A stretch of DNA of 44,840 nt from Gammaproteobacteria bacterium (GTDB lineage Bacteria > Pseudomonadota > Gammaproteobacteria > Arenicellales > UBA868): NCBI GenBank assembly GCA_012960345.1, contig DUBL01000274.1, positions 17,404 to 62,243 on the forward strand. The letters run 5' to 3'. A program made the position numbers and the translations under genes. The notes under the pieces are model-generated. The model ran no database searches and was not told the origin of the DNA. It was given only the letters and a program-made list of their open reading frames with translations. Below, piece by piece: positions 8,852 to 18,678 of this stretch. Every line of letters begins with the position of its first letter. Positions within the stretch are counted from its first letter, which is position 1.

Positions 8852-9700
8852 ATGGCATCAACAATCCAAGTGGTACTGCTCGGTGTAGCACAAGATGCGG
8901 GTTTGCCCCAAGCGGGTTGTGATTGTGCCAACTGTGTGACGGCACGAGCTGTGGGAAGGAATCCCTGTGTGGTTTCTTTGGGGATTATCGATCACACGCA
9001 GCAGGCATTCTGGATGGTTGACGCGACGCCAGATTTTCCCCAACAGTTGCAGATGTTACGTGAACGCGCTCCGGGGGCAACCTTCGCTGGCCTCATTCTG
9101 ACCCATGCTCATATGGGGCATTACACTGGCCTCATTCACCTGGGTCGTGAGGCGATGGATATTCGGGACATTACTCTTTGGTGCTCGTCAAAAATGGCGA
9201 CGTTCCTTCGCGCCAATGCACCTTGGGCTGGGTTATTGACTGATGGCAACGTCGCTCCGCGTGAGATCATCGATGGAGAGCCGTTCTCCCTCAGCGAAGG
9301 CATTAGCGTGTTGCCCTACCAGGTGCCGCATCGAGCAGAATTTACCGACACGTATGCATTTCTTTTTAGCGGTGACCGCCAGAGGATTTTTTATTGTCCA
9401 GATATTGACTCATGGGACGGATTAACGTTCGATATGGATAACACACTGGAGGTGGGTGATACGGCACTGCTGGATGGCTCTTTTTTTAGCGAGGAGGAAT
9501 TACCGCATCGGGATATGACCCTGATTCCACACCCATTGGTCACGGATACGGTCGATCGATATGCCAATAAACCCTATGATCTTGTGCTGATCCACCTCAA
9601 TCACACCAATCCAATCTGGAGTGCTGGCCCACAAAAGGAGTGGATTGCGTCGCAAGGCGCCGCCGTGGGAGAGCGAGGACAGGCGTGGATGCTTGCCTGA
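8852..9700 (+). CDS. MBL-fold metallo-hydrolase, PqqB-like (orphan; no other pqq genes in window)
   Basis: The N-terminus 'VVLLGVAQDAGLPQAGCDCANC' resembles the PqqB N-terminal Cys motif. The metallo-beta-lactamase-type motif is 'LTHAHMGHYTGL' (HxHxGH rather than HxHxDH). ATG 8852 is preferred over TTG 8813. Confidence 0.65.
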   Translation: MASTIQVVLLGVAQDAGLPQAGCDCANCVTARAVGRNPCVVSLGIIDHTQQAFWMVDATPDFPQQLQMLRERAPGATFAGLILTHAHMGHYTGLIHLGREAMDIRDITLWCSSKMATFLRANAPWAGLLTDGNVAPREIIDGEPFSLSEGISVLPYQVPHRAEFTDTYAFLFSGDRQRIFYCPDIDSWDGLTFDMDNTLEVGDTALLDGSFFSEEELPHRDMTLIPHPLVTDTVDRYANKPYDLVLIHLNHTNPIWSAGPQKEWIASQGAAVGERGQAWMLA

Positions 9701-9768
9701 AAATATGTTGCAAGATACGGAATAAGAGGTTAAGCGAATAACGTGTTCTTGTGTTTGAAGACAGAATA

Positions 9769-10203
9769 TCAGCGTGAACGGAAGTCGTTTAGGTAGGTCT
9801 TCAATATTAGTTCAGCCGCTAGTTGGTCGCGCAGAGATTTTCGTCGTGGAGTAATTGATTTTCCTATAGGGGTGCTGTCTTGAATCAGAGCATCTGCTTG
9901 TTGTGTCGTGAGTCTTTCGTCGACGGTTCGAATGGGCAGACCATAGCGGGTGGTCAATTGATGGGCAAACGCCCGTGTTTTTTTCAGAAAACCTGTCTCT
10001 TTCCCATCAGCGGGTTCGGCTATGCCGACAACAAGAATGTCTGGTTGCCAAGTGTGAATGAGTTCATCAATTTTTTTCCAGGGTACTTTGCACTGATTGT
10101 AACGAAGTGTGGCGATGCCCTGGCCTGTAGCAGTTTGTGTTTGACCGACGGCAACCCCAATTTTTTGGGTGCCGAAATCAAAGCCAAGAACCGTTTGACT
10201 CAC
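9769..10203 (-). CDS. ruvX: Holliday-junction-resolvase-like protein RuvX/YqgF
   Basis: 144 aa with the RNase-H-like motif 'VLGFDFGTQKIGVAVG' and 'DERLTT'. It overlaps the yqgE stop by 4 nt. Confidence 0.9.
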   Translation of the reverse strand: MSQTVLGFDFGTQKIGVAVGQTQTATGQGIATLRYNQCKVPWKKIDELIHTWQPDILVVGIAEPADGKETGFLKKTRAFAHQLTTRYGLPIRTVDERLTTQQADALIQDSTPIGKSITPRRKSLRDQLAAELILKTYLNDFRSR

Positions 10204-10775
10204 GCGTGGCCCGCATCCCGAGCGAGCCGAGTCAAGTCAATACCGATCTGCTTTGCGGCTTGAGACCAGCGCGCCTCTGGCGCCACATCAAATAGGATGC
10301 GGTGGTCGGCGGCAACACTCAGCCATGCATTTTGTTGCATTTCCTGATCGAGTTGACCGGCACCCCAACCCGCATAGCCCAGCGCCATCAAACAGGTCTC
10401 AGGACCGCCGCCATTTGAGATCGACTCGAGCACGTCGCGTGATGATGTCAGTCCCAGTCGATCGCCAACCGTCATGGTCGACTGCCAGTCATCGCTGGCT
10501 TCATGCAGTACCAGCCCCAGTTCGGTGTGCACCGGTCCGCCAGAAAAAACGGGTTGTTTGGCGACCGGTGGGTGAGCGTCCCGCGGAAGTTTGAACTGGT
10601 CCAGGATATCACCAATCGTGAGGTGCTCGAACGTGCGGTTGATGATGATACCTAGCGCCCCATCAGTGTCATGTTGGCATATGAGTGTCACCGTCCGGGA
10701 GAAATTCGGATCCTTCATTTCGGGCATAGCAATCAGAAAGTGATTGGTGAGACTGGGAAAGCTGGCATTTGACAT
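10200..10775 (-). CDS. yqgE: YqgE/AlgH family protein
   Basis: 'LTNHFLIAMPEMKDPNFSRTVTLICQH..GALGIIINR' is typical of the UPF0301/AlgH family. The start is set at 'MSNASF' (10775) rather than the ORF-track 10835, which would overlap tonB. Confidence 0.88.
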   Translation of the reverse strand: MSNASFPSLTNHFLIAMPEMKDPNFSRTVTLICQHDTDGALGIIINRTFEHLTIGDILDQFKLPRDAHPPVAKQPVFSGGPVHTELGLVLHEASDDWQSTMTVGDRLGLTSSRDVLESISNGGGPETCLMALGYAGWGAGQLDQEMQQNAWLSVAADHRILFDVAPEARWSQAAKQIGIDLTRLARDAGHA

Positions 10776-10777
10776 GA

Positions 10778-11698
10778 TTAGTTGATTCGTATGCGCGGTG
10801 CACCGAATAGTTCGGCGTTGTTGGTGAATCGCCACGTTCGGGTGATGTGTAAGGCGCTGGTTTTTCGCCTGATGGCGGCCGGTAAGGGTGCAAAAGGAGA
10901 AGCCAGTCGGGCCAATTGAATGGCTGCGTCGTCAAGGGTTTTCCGTCCGGAGGGTTTAACAATGTGAATCCCGAGAAGATTACCGCTTCTACCGACGACA
11001 ACTTCCAGTACGACGCTACCGATAAGGCGTTGTTGTCGGACCACGCTTGGATAATTGAGATTTCCAATTCGTTGGACCCGGTCACGCCAAGTCGCCATGT
11101 ATGCAGCATAAATACTTTCCCGAGTGTTGGCGCTGATAAAGGTGTGACCGGCGAGTTCCTGAGAGCGGTCCTGAAGGCGACCCACTTCCGCGACCAGAGG
11201 GATGTTCGGTGTTTGTGTCTCCCGCCTTGGCGCCGCCGTGTTGTCGGCAGCGGGATCTTGACCGAGCTTCGCTTGCATGTTGGTGGGGGTGATCGGCGTG
11301 ACATTGACCATCACAACCTCCCGTTGGCGTCGGCTCGAATTGGGTAGAAACCCGCGCTGGTAGCGTTGCACATCAAGAGATGGTCTTTGAAGAGAAAACT
11401 GAAACGGGGTGGTGCGGGCCATTGGTGAGGCATCTCCGCCCCCGCGCTGGTTATGCTGTGCCAGCACGTTGGTGTGTTCCGGTGGGGTATCTGCTGTATT
11501 CACCAGAGTGAAATCCAAAATGATCGGTTGGATGTGATCGGGGGTTGAGCTTAGCGCCACAAAACCAATACCCAGAATAATCAAGATATGGGCGAATAAG
11601 GAGGTCAGTAGGCTAAAGCCAGTCACATTGGGTCGTCGATACCAGTCGGCAGCGATGGCGGTGGTGTTGGGTAGCGGTCGAGTCGATCGAAATTGCAT
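10778..11698 (-). CDS. TonB-family C-terminal-domain protein (TonB3-like)
   Basis: 306 aa with one N-terminal TM segment ('GFSLLTSLFAHILIILGIGFVAL'). The TonB C-terminal domain shows 'NYPSVVRQQRLIGSVVLEVVVGRSGNLLGIHIVKPSGRKTLDDAAI'. The synteny ruvX-yqgE-tonB matches Pseudomonas. Confidence 0.8.
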   Translation of the reverse strand: MQFRSTRPLPNTTAIAADWYRRPNVTGFSLLTSLFAHILIILGIGFVALSSTPDHIQPIILDFTLVNTADTPPEHTNVLAQHNQRGGGDASPMARTTPFQFSLQRPSLDVQRYQRGFLPNSSRRQREVVMVNVTPITPTNMQAKLGQDPAADNTAAPRRETQTPNIPLVAEVGRLQDRSQELAGHTFISANTRESIYAAYMATWRDRVQRIGNLNYPSVVRQQRLIGSVVLEVVVGRSGNLLGIHIVKPSGRKTLDDAAIQLARLASPFAPLPAAIRRKTSALHITRTWRFTNNAELFGAPRIRIN

Positions 11699-11893
11699 GG
11701 GACAGAGCCAATAAAACCAACTGATTCAAAATAGTTTGATTCCAGCGGTTTCTTTCTGATTAACCGATTGTAACGTGCGATTCTGTTAGAATTGCCCTCG
11801 CTCGTGAACTCAATCCTCTCTATCAATTCTCTTGATTTGTGGCTTGCAACGGGCGCTTGTGTGTGCCGCACTCGTTAGTTAGGTCCCTCCACC

Positions 11894-12730
11894 ATGTCCG
11901 CGTCATTACTACCTAACATTGATGCGGTAAAAACCGTCATTGTTGATGCTGCCCGTGAGGTTGGCTTGGGCAAGGTTCGGGTGCGGGATAGCAGCACCAA
12001 GGACGATGGCAGTATGGTGACGGAGACGGATCGGCGGATGCAGGAGCAGTTGTTCGCTGCACTGCGGTCACGTTGGCCACAATTCGCGGTGATGGGCGAG
12101 GAAATGGAATATCGGAGTCAGTCTGAGGTGGTAACCGCCGATGGACAAGGATTCTGGACACTCGACCCCCTTGATGGCACCACCAACTTTGCGATGGGTT
12201 ATCCTTTTTACGGGGTATCGCTGGCTCTTGTCATTGAGGGGGAAGCCTGTCTGGGCGTAGTTTACGACCCGATCCGAAATGAGTTGTTCTCTGCCATTGC
12301 GAACGGTGGTGCGTTCCTTAACGAACGGCCTTTGCACACGCCTGACACGGGACTAATGCTTCGACAGTGCATTGCTAATGTTGACTACAAGCGTCTTGTG
12401 GCGCACTTGGCTGAACGACTGGTTCGCTATCCGCCTTATCGGTCGCAGCGTAATCTAGGTTCTTCGGTGCTCGAGTGGTGTTGGTTGGCGGCGGGTCGTG
12501 TACAGCTCTATCTGCATGGAGGCCAGAGAATGTGGGACTACGCCGCAGGCAGTTTGATTCTGCGCGAAGCCGGCGGAGTTTTTACTACGCTTGAAGGATT
12601 GCCGTTTGACTGCCGCAAGATCACTAAACGATCGGTTGTCGCAGCCGTTAACAGCGAGCTGCATCACGCCTGGTTGCAGTGGATCTGGCAAAATGACGAG
12701 CGACGGAAAAATGCAAATGTTACCCTCTGA
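11894..12730 (+). CDS. inositol-monophosphatase family phosphatase (SuhB/CysQ/FBPase-like)
   Basis: 278 aa with 'MGEE' metal-site Glu, 'WTLDPLDGTTNF' and 'WDYAAG', the IMPase family signatures. Confidence 0.85.
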   Translation: MSASLLPNIDAVKTVIVDAAREVGLGKVRVRDSSTKDDGSMVTETDRRMQEQLFAALRSRWPQFAVMGEEMEYRSQSEVVTADGQGFWTLDPLDGTTNFAMGYPFYGVSLALVIEGEACLGVVYDPIRNELFSAIANGGAFLNERPLHTPDTGLMLRQCIANVDYKRLVAHLAERLVRYPPYRSQRNLGSSVLEWCWLAAGRVQLYLHGGQRMWDYAAGSLILREAGGVFTTLEGLPFDCRKITKRSVVAAVNSELHHAWLQWIWQNDERRKNANVTL

Positions 12731-12785
12731 CTGTGGCGTGAGCCTTTCTTGCGACGCACATAAATTCTATACGGAGTTGTAATTC

Positions 12786-14786
12786 ATGGTCACTCGGAGA
12801 ACAAAGGCCAATGCATTGCGTGCGTTGAGTATGGATGCTGTTCAGCAGGCGAAGAGTGGCCACCCCGGTATGCCGATGGGCATGGCCGATATTGCAGAGG
12901 TGCTGTGGTCAGATTTCCTTCGCTATAACCCAAGCAATCCCGAATGGGCCGATCGCGATCGATTCGTTTTGTCTAACGGCCACGGTTCGATGCTGCTCTA
13001 TGCCTTGTTGTACCTGACCGGGTACGCCTTGCCTGTAAAAGAACTTAGGAATTTTCGCCAATTGCACTCTGCAACACCGGGGCACCCAGAATTTGGTTGT
13101 GCGCCTGGGGTTGAGACAACCACGGGACCTCTGGGACAGGGTCTTGGTAATGCCGTTGGTATGGCACTCGGCGAAAAGGTACTTTCGGCCCAGTTTAATC
13201 GCCCGGGCCACACCATAGTTGACCACAGGACATATGTTTTTCTCGGAGATGGTTGCTTGATGGAAGGCGTTTCGCACGAGGCATGTTCACTCGCTGGAAC
13301 ACTGGGCCTTGGCAAACTGATTGCGATTTGGGACAACAATGGAATCTCGATTGATGGTGAGGTTGACGCCTGGTTTACTGACAATACGGCACAGCGTTTT
13401 CGCGCCTACGGTTGGCAGGTGATTGAGGATGTCGATGGGCATGATGCTGACAGTATCGCAAGGGCGCTCGAGCAAGCAGGGGAAGATGCATCACGGCCCA
13501 CATTACTGTGTTGCCGTACAGTCATCGGTTGGGGTTCTCCCAATAAACAAGGGCGGGAGTCTTCTCATGGAGCACCGTTGGGCGAAGACGAAGTCGCCCT
13601 CGTGCGAGAGACGATTGACTGGCCTTACGCTCCGTTTGAGGTGCCAGAGGAAATCACAGCCGCTTGGTGTACGCGTGAGGTGGGTGCGGCCCGGGAGGTG
13701 GACTGGTCTGAGCGATTTACCGCTTACCGCACGAAACACCCGGCGTTGGCAGCGGAATACGAGCGCCGTATGAACGGGGACTTACCGACTGATTGGCAGG
13801 TCGGGGCGAGCGCTTTCATCAACAGTATGGTCAACGCGGGGGAGAGTGTCGCGAGTCGCCAGGCATCTCGCCAGGCGCTCGACGGCTTTGGACCCATGTT
13901 GCCTGAGTTGATCGGCGGATCAGCCGATCTGGCTGGCTCTAACTTGACGATCTGGTCCGGCGCGTCGCCCATTAGCGCAGACGATGCACGTGGCAACTAT
14001 ATTTATTTTGGAGTGCGGGAGTTCGGCATGTCAGCCATGACCAACGGCCTGGCGTTACACGGTGGCTTCTTGCCTTATTGTGCGACCTTTCTCGTGTTTT
14101 CAGACTATGCTCGAAATGCGATTCGCCTATCGGCGTTGATGAAAATTCGTGCGGTGTTTGTTTACACGCATGATTCCATTGGTCTTGGCGAAGACGGCCC
14201 TACCCATCAACCTATTGAGCACGCTGAGGCGCTCCGCGTCATTCCCAACTTGTCGGTCTGGCGTCCGTGTGACTCGGTTGAGACAGCGATTGCGTGGCAG
14301 GCAGCGATCGAGCGACGCGATGGACCCACCACTTTGCTGCTGTCGCGCCAGGGGCTTGCTTTTCAGGCTCGGAGTTCACATCAGTTGGCTGACATACGGC
14401 GGGGTGGTTATGTACTGCATGATGGTGCAGGCCCACTCGACGCCATCATTATTGCAACGGGATCCGAGGTGTCGTTGGCAATGGCAGCGGTGAAAAACCT
14501 GGAGGAGATGGGGCATTCTGTGCGGGTGGTTTCGCTTCCTTCGACCGATATTTTTGATCGACAGGAAGCCGCCTATCGCGACAAGGTGTTACCGCCGATG
14601 GTGACTGTGCGTGTCGCCGTTGAAGCGGGAGTGAGTCGCGGATGGTTTCGTTATGTGGGTACTCACGGCCAGGTAATCGGGTTGGACACTTACGGTGAAT
14701 CAGCACCGGCCAAGACGGTTTTCGAACACTTTGGTTTTACTGTTGACAATGTTGTGGGGGTCGTATCGAGTCTCATCAGACGTTGA
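12786..14786 (+). CDS. tkt: transketolase
   Basis: 666 aa with '[14 protein letters not shown]', '[13 protein letters not shown]', '[13 protein letters not shown]' and '[19 protein letters not shown]'. Confidence 0.96.
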   Translation: MVTRRTKANALRALSMDAVQQAKSGHPGMPMGMADIAEVLWSDFLRYNPSNPEWADRDRFVLSNGHGSMLLYALLYLTGYALPVKELRNFRQLHSATPGHPEFGCAPGVETTTGPLGQGLGNAVGMALGEKVLSAQFNRPGHTIVDHRTYVFLGDGCLMEGVSHEACSLAGTLGLGKLIAIWDNNGISIDGEVDAWFTDNTAQRFRAYGWQVIEDVDGHDADSIARALEQAGEDASRPTLLCCRTVIGWGSPNKQGRESSHGAPLGEDEVALVRETIDWPYAPFEVPEEITAAWCTREVGAAREVDWSERFTAYRTKHPALAAEYERRMNGDLPTDWQVGASAFINSMVNAGESVASRQASRQALDGFGPMLPELIGGSADLAGSNLTIWSGASPISADDARGNYIYFGVREFGMSAMTNGLALHGGFLPYCATFLVFSDYARNAIRLSALMKIRAVFVYTHDSIGLGEDGPTHQPIEHAEALRVIPNLSVWRPCDSVETAIAWQAAIERRDGPTTLLLSRQGLAFQARSSHQLADIRRGGYVLHDGAGPLDAIIIATGSEVSLAMAAVKNLEEMGHSVRVVSLPSTDIFDRQEAAYRDKVLPPMVTVRVAVEAGVSRGWFRYVGTHGQVIGLDTYGESAPAKTVFEHFGFTVDNVVGVVSSLIRR

Positions 14787-14873
14787 ACATACGGTCGTTT
14801 GCCCGAGGCAAGGCACACTTTGCCGAATACATCGTAACGATAGTAAATGAGAGTACATAGAGGAGAAGTGGGT

Positions 14874-15887
14874 ATGGCAATCAAGGTGGCAATCAATGGT
14901 TTCGGACGCATAGGACGGAACGTATTTCGGGCAATGTTTGAATCTGGACAGCAATCACACTTTGAAGTGATTGCCATCAATGATCTTGGCGATGCGGCCA
15001 CTAATGCGCACTTGCTTCAATATGACACGGCGCATGGCCGGTTCGGAGAAGCGGTAACCGTTGAGGATGACTGCTTTGTGGTGGGTGATAAACGCGTCAA
15101 GGTGTTGGCAGAGCGCGATCCTGCGAGCCTCCCTTGGGGGAAACTTGGCGTCGATGTCGTTATGGAGTGCACGGGATTTTTTACGTCAAAAGAAAAAGCC
15201 AGCGCTCACCTGAGCGCGGGTGCCAGCAAGGTAATTATTTCAGCCCCCGGCGGCAAGGACGTTGATGCGACGATTGTTTACGGCGTCAATCATCATGTGT
15301 TGAAGTCGACAGACACGGTGATTTCCAATGCCTCGTGTACTACCAACTGCCTGGCACCATTGGTTAAGCCGCTGCATGACAGTCTGGGTGTTTGCGGTGG
15401 TTTGATGACAACGATTCACGCTTATACCAATGATCAGGTGTTAACCGATGTCTACCATTCAGACTTGCGACGGGCACGGTCTGCAACGCAATCGATGATT
15501 CCGACACAGACCGGGGCTGCGGCCGCCGTCGGCCTGGTTCTGCCGGAGCTCAATGGCAAACTCGATGGGTTCTCTGTGCGGGTGCCAACCATCAATGTCT
15601 CACTGGTTGATTTGACTTTTGAGGCGGCCCGCGAGACAACATTGGAGGAGGTCCACCAAATTTTGCGAGTGGCATCAGAGGGGGATCTAAAGGGCATTCT
15701 CCAATACAACGAATTGCCGTTGGTGTCGATTGACTTTAATCATTGCCCGGCTTCCTCGATCTACGATGCGTCGATGACTCGGGTTGTCAACGGGACTTTG
15801 GTTAAGGTTTGTTCGTGGTATGACAACGAGTGGGGATTTTCCAATCGTATGCTGGATACCTGTCTCGCGTTGGTCAATGCCAACTAA
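14874..15887 (+). CDS. gap: type I glyceraldehyde-3-phosphate dehydrogenase
   Basis: '[13 protein letters not shown]', '[12 protein letters not shown]' (catalytic Cys) and '[11 protein letters not shown]'. ATG 14874 follows SD GAGGAGAAG, and the ORF-track start 14847 is upstream of it. Confidence 0.95.
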   Translation: MAIKVAINGFGRIGRNVFRAMFESGQQSHFEVIAINDLGDAATNAHLLQYDTAHGRFGEAVTVEDDCFVVGDKRVKVLAERDPASLPWGKLGVDVVMECTGFFTSKEKASAHLSAGASKVIISAPGGKDVDATIVYGVNHHVLKSTDTVISNASCTTNCLAPLVKPLHDSLGVCGGLMTTIHAYTNDQVLTDVYHSDLRRARSATQSMIPTQTGAAAAVGLVLPELNGKLDGFSVRVPTINVSLVDLTFEAARETTLEEVHQILRVASEGDLKGILQYNELPLVSIDFNHCPASSIYDASMTRVVNGTLVKVCSWYDNEWGFSNRMLDTCLALVNAN

Positions 15888-15967
15888 GCGGGGTATGTTG
15901 TCATTGTATAGCGGAGGATAGGAAGCGTGGCGAGTGTATTCGAGGCACTTGGGTGAGAGTTTTGCAC

Positions 15968-17131
15968 ATGTCGGATCAGGCCTTGTCGGGCCAGCGGGTA
16001 CTAATCCGTGTTGATTTGAATGTACCCATCTCGCATGGCGAGGTAATGAGTGACGCTAGGATTCAGGCGTCGATTCCCACTTGTCGTTTGGCCTTGGCCG
16101 CCGGTGCGTGCGTTATTCTGATGTCACATCTGGGTCGACCGGTGGAGGGAACGTTTGATGCCACCGCTTCGCTGGCGCCGGTTGCTGGCCGTCTTGCTGA
16201 ACTATTGGGTTCGCCCGTGCGCCTCGTATCGGATTGGCTGGACGGTGTCGAGGTCAGACCGGGGGAAGTGGTGTTATGTGAGAACGTGCGTTTCAATCAC
16301 GGTGAGACGGCCAACGAAAATGATTTAGCCCGTCGCATGGCCGCTCTATGCGATGTTTTCGTGATGGATGCGTTTGGCACCGCTCACCGGGCACAGGCGT
16401 CAACGCATGGCGTGGCTCGATTTGCGCCTATCGCGTGCGCGGGTCCTTTGCTCGGTGGTGAGTTGGACGCACTGACAAAGGCGTTGGAGGATCCAAAACG
16501 TCCGATGTGTGCCATCGTCGGTGGTTCTAAGGTGTCAACTAAATTGTTGGTGCTTGAATCGCTCTACGAGGTGGTTGATCAGTTGATACTCGGTGGCGGT
16601 ATTGCGAATACGTTTATCGCGGCAGCGGGTCACGAGGTGGGGCAGTCACTTTATGAGCCGGATCTCCTTGATACGGCGCGCCAGTTGTTGGATCGGGCCG
16701 CTGCGGCGGGTAAAGAAATCCCCATTCCCACCGATGTGGTTGTTGCAAAGGAAGTTTCGTCAACGGCGAAGGCCCGTGTGACGCAGGTTGATGCGGTGGC
16801 CTCTGATGAACTGATTTTGGATATCGGACCCGAAAGTGCGCTGCGGCTTGCCAAACAACTAAGTTGTGCCGGAACCATATTGTGGAATGGGCCTGTGGGG
16901 GTTTTTGAGTTGGATCCATTTGCGGCCGGCACGGAGACCATCGGGCGCGCGATTGCCGACTCTTGTGCATTTTCAATCGCCGGTGGTGGCGATACTTTGG
17001 CTGCTGTTGACAAGTACAATCTGGGTGAGAAGATTTCTTATGTTTCCACCGGTGGTGGTGCGTTCCTTGAGTTTCTTGAAGGAAAGACCCTGCCAGCTGT
17101 AGAGATCCTGGAGTCACGCGCAAACGGCTAA
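15968..17131 (+). CDS. pgk: phosphoglycerate kinase
   Basis: 'RVDLNVP', 'SHLGRP', '[12 protein letters not shown]', 'GGGDT' and '[14 protein letters not shown]'. The start is set at ATG 15968 ('MSDQAL'), because the ORF-track start 15830 overlaps gap. Confidence 0.94.
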   Translation: MSDQALSGQRVLIRVDLNVPISHGEVMSDARIQASIPTCRLALAAGACVILMSHLGRPVEGTFDATASLAPVAGRLAELLGSPVRLVSDWLDGVEVRPGEVVLCENVRFNHGETANENDLARRMAALCDVFVMDAFGTAHRAQASTHGVARFAPIACAGPLLGGELDALTKALEDPKRPMCAIVGGSKVSTKLLVLESLYEVVDQLILGGGIANTFIAAAGHEVGQSLYEPDLLDTARQLLDRAAAAGKEIPIPTDVVVAKEVSSTAKARVTQVDAVASDELILDIGPESALRLAKQLSCAGTILWNGPVGVFELDPFAAGTETIGRAIADSCAFSIAGGGDTLAAVDKYNLGEKISYVSTGGGAFLEFLEGKTLPAVEILESRANG

Positions 17132-17156
17132 ATCGGTGGTGGCCACGGGTAAATTG

Positions 17157-18617
17157 ATGCGGCGAACAAAAATTGTAGCTTCCCTTGGGCCGGCCACCGA
17201 TGCGGTGGCTGTGTTGACCGATGTGGTTCGTGCCGGTGTCGACATTGCCAGAATCAACTTGTCGCACGGAACCGCAGCGGAGCACTGTCGGCGGGCTGCT
17301 GCCTTACGGCAGTGCGCTGCGGCGGAGGGACGGTCCGTGGGTTTGTTGCTGGATCTGCAGGGACCGAAAATTCGTGTCGAGCGCTTCAGGCAAGGCCCGG
17401 TCATGCTCGAGATCGGCGCGCCGTTTACCATCGATGTGACCTTCCCACCGGGAGAGGGAACGGCCGCGTGCGTTGGTACCAGTTACCGGCGGTTGCCTCA
17501 GGATCTTGTCGTGGGGGATACCTTGTTGCTGGATGACGGAAACTTGGCTTTGGGTGTTGAGGCACTTTCCGACACAGCGGTGACTACCAAGGTAATCCAA
17601 GGCGGTTTACTCTCTGATCACAAAGGCATTAACAGGCGAGGGGGCGGCCTGACAGCCCCGGCCTTGACAGAGAAGGATAGAGAAGACATCGAATTGGCCG
17701 CGACGGTAGCGGCTGACTATATCGGTGTGTCCTTTGTGCGCGATGCTGATGATATCGAGACCGTTCGTGAATGGTTACGTGAAGCAGGGAGTCAGGCGCA
17801 CATTGTGGCTAAGATTGAGCGCGTAGAGGCGCTGGAGAATATCGACGCCATTATTGATGCATCGGATGTCATTATGGTGGCCCGAGGGGACCTGGGTGTT
17901 GAGATTGGTGATGCAGAGCTACCGGGGGTACAGAAACGGTTGATTGCCGCCGCCCAGCAGGCCAACAAGGTGGTTATCACGGCCACTCAGATGATGCAGT
18001 CCATGGTGACCAGCCTGCAGCCAACACGAGCGGAAGTGCTTGATGTCGCTAACGCCGTACTGGATGGAACGGATGCCGTCATGTTGTCGGCGGAAACCGC
18101 GATGGGGCAACATCCGCCTAGAGTGATTGAGGCTATGGACCGTATTTGCCAAGGTGCGGAACAGCATGCAGGAGTGACAACACCCCGTGAACGAGGCGAT
18201 GCTCGGTTTGGTGACACGGACGAGGCCATTGCCATGGCGGCAATGTATACCGCTAATCATTATTCAATCAGTGGTATTTTGGCAATGACCGAGTCCGGTG
18301 CAACGGCCAAATGGATGTCAAGAATTACGTCGGCGATCCCAATCTTTGCCATGACACGATGGGCGACAACTGAGCGTCGTACCGCCTTGTACCGCGGCGT
18401 TTACCCCGTGGCATTTGATCCCACCGGTTTTTCTCCCGATGACATCAACCAACAGGCGATGACCGAATTAAAAAGTCGCCAGATGGTCAAGAATGGAGAT
18501 CAGCTGGTTGTGACCCAGGGTGATTGGTCCGGCATATCTGGACGAACTAATTCGATGAAGATCATCACAGTTGATGATATAAATGAAGCACGACCGGTTC
18601 GCGAGAAAAGTGGTTGA
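17157..18617 (+). CDS. pyk: pyruvate kinase
   Basis: 'MRRTKIVASLGPA', 'ARINLSHG', 'DLQGPKIR', 'MVARGDLGVE', 'VITATQMMQSM' and 'MLSAETA'. Confidence 0.95.
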   Translation: MRRTKIVASLGPATDAVAVLTDVVRAGVDIARINLSHGTAAEHCRRAAALRQCAAAEGRSVGLLLDLQGPKIRVERFRQGPVMLEIGAPFTIDVTFPPGEGTAACVGTSYRRLPQDLVVGDTLLLDDGNLALGVEALSDTAVTTKVIQGGLLSDHKGINRRGGGLTAPALTEKDREDIELAATVAADYIGVSFVRDADDIETVREWLREAGSQAHIVAKIERVEALENIDAIIDASDVIMVARGDLGVEIGDAELPGVQKRLIAAAQQANKVVITATQMMQSMVTSLQPTRAEVLDVANAVLDGTDAVMLSAETAMGQHPPRVIEAMDRICQGAEQHAGVTTPRERGDARFGDTDEAIAMAAMYTANHYSISGILAMTESGATAKWMSRITSAIPIFAMTRWATTERRTALYRGVYPVAFDPTGFSPDDINQQAMTELKSRQMVKNGDQLVVTQGDWSGISGRTNSMKIITVDDINEARPVREKSG

Positions 18618-18678
18618 AACGCGAACGATGTGAAAAGCATAGATAACGATTGATACCTTGGATGACAGATTGGAGAGC

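Noticed and set aside
11722-11742. Possible Fur box (TGATTC-N9-TGATTC) upstream of the TonB-like gene.
   Set aside because: It is a direct repeat, not the palindromic GATAATGATAATCATTATC-type consensus. Few positions match when aligned, and there is no support beyond AT-richness.
15830-15967. Over-extended N-termini in the ORF track: pgk from 15830, ubiI from 31090, yqgE from 10835, gap from 14847, pilT from 6549, deoA from 26740, fabD-like from 25862.
   Set aside because: The extensions overlap the preceding gene or add non-homologous residues before well-known N-termini. Internal ATGs with better SD context and family-typical N-terminal sequences were chosen instead. The fabD-like and deoA starts remain somewhat uncertain.
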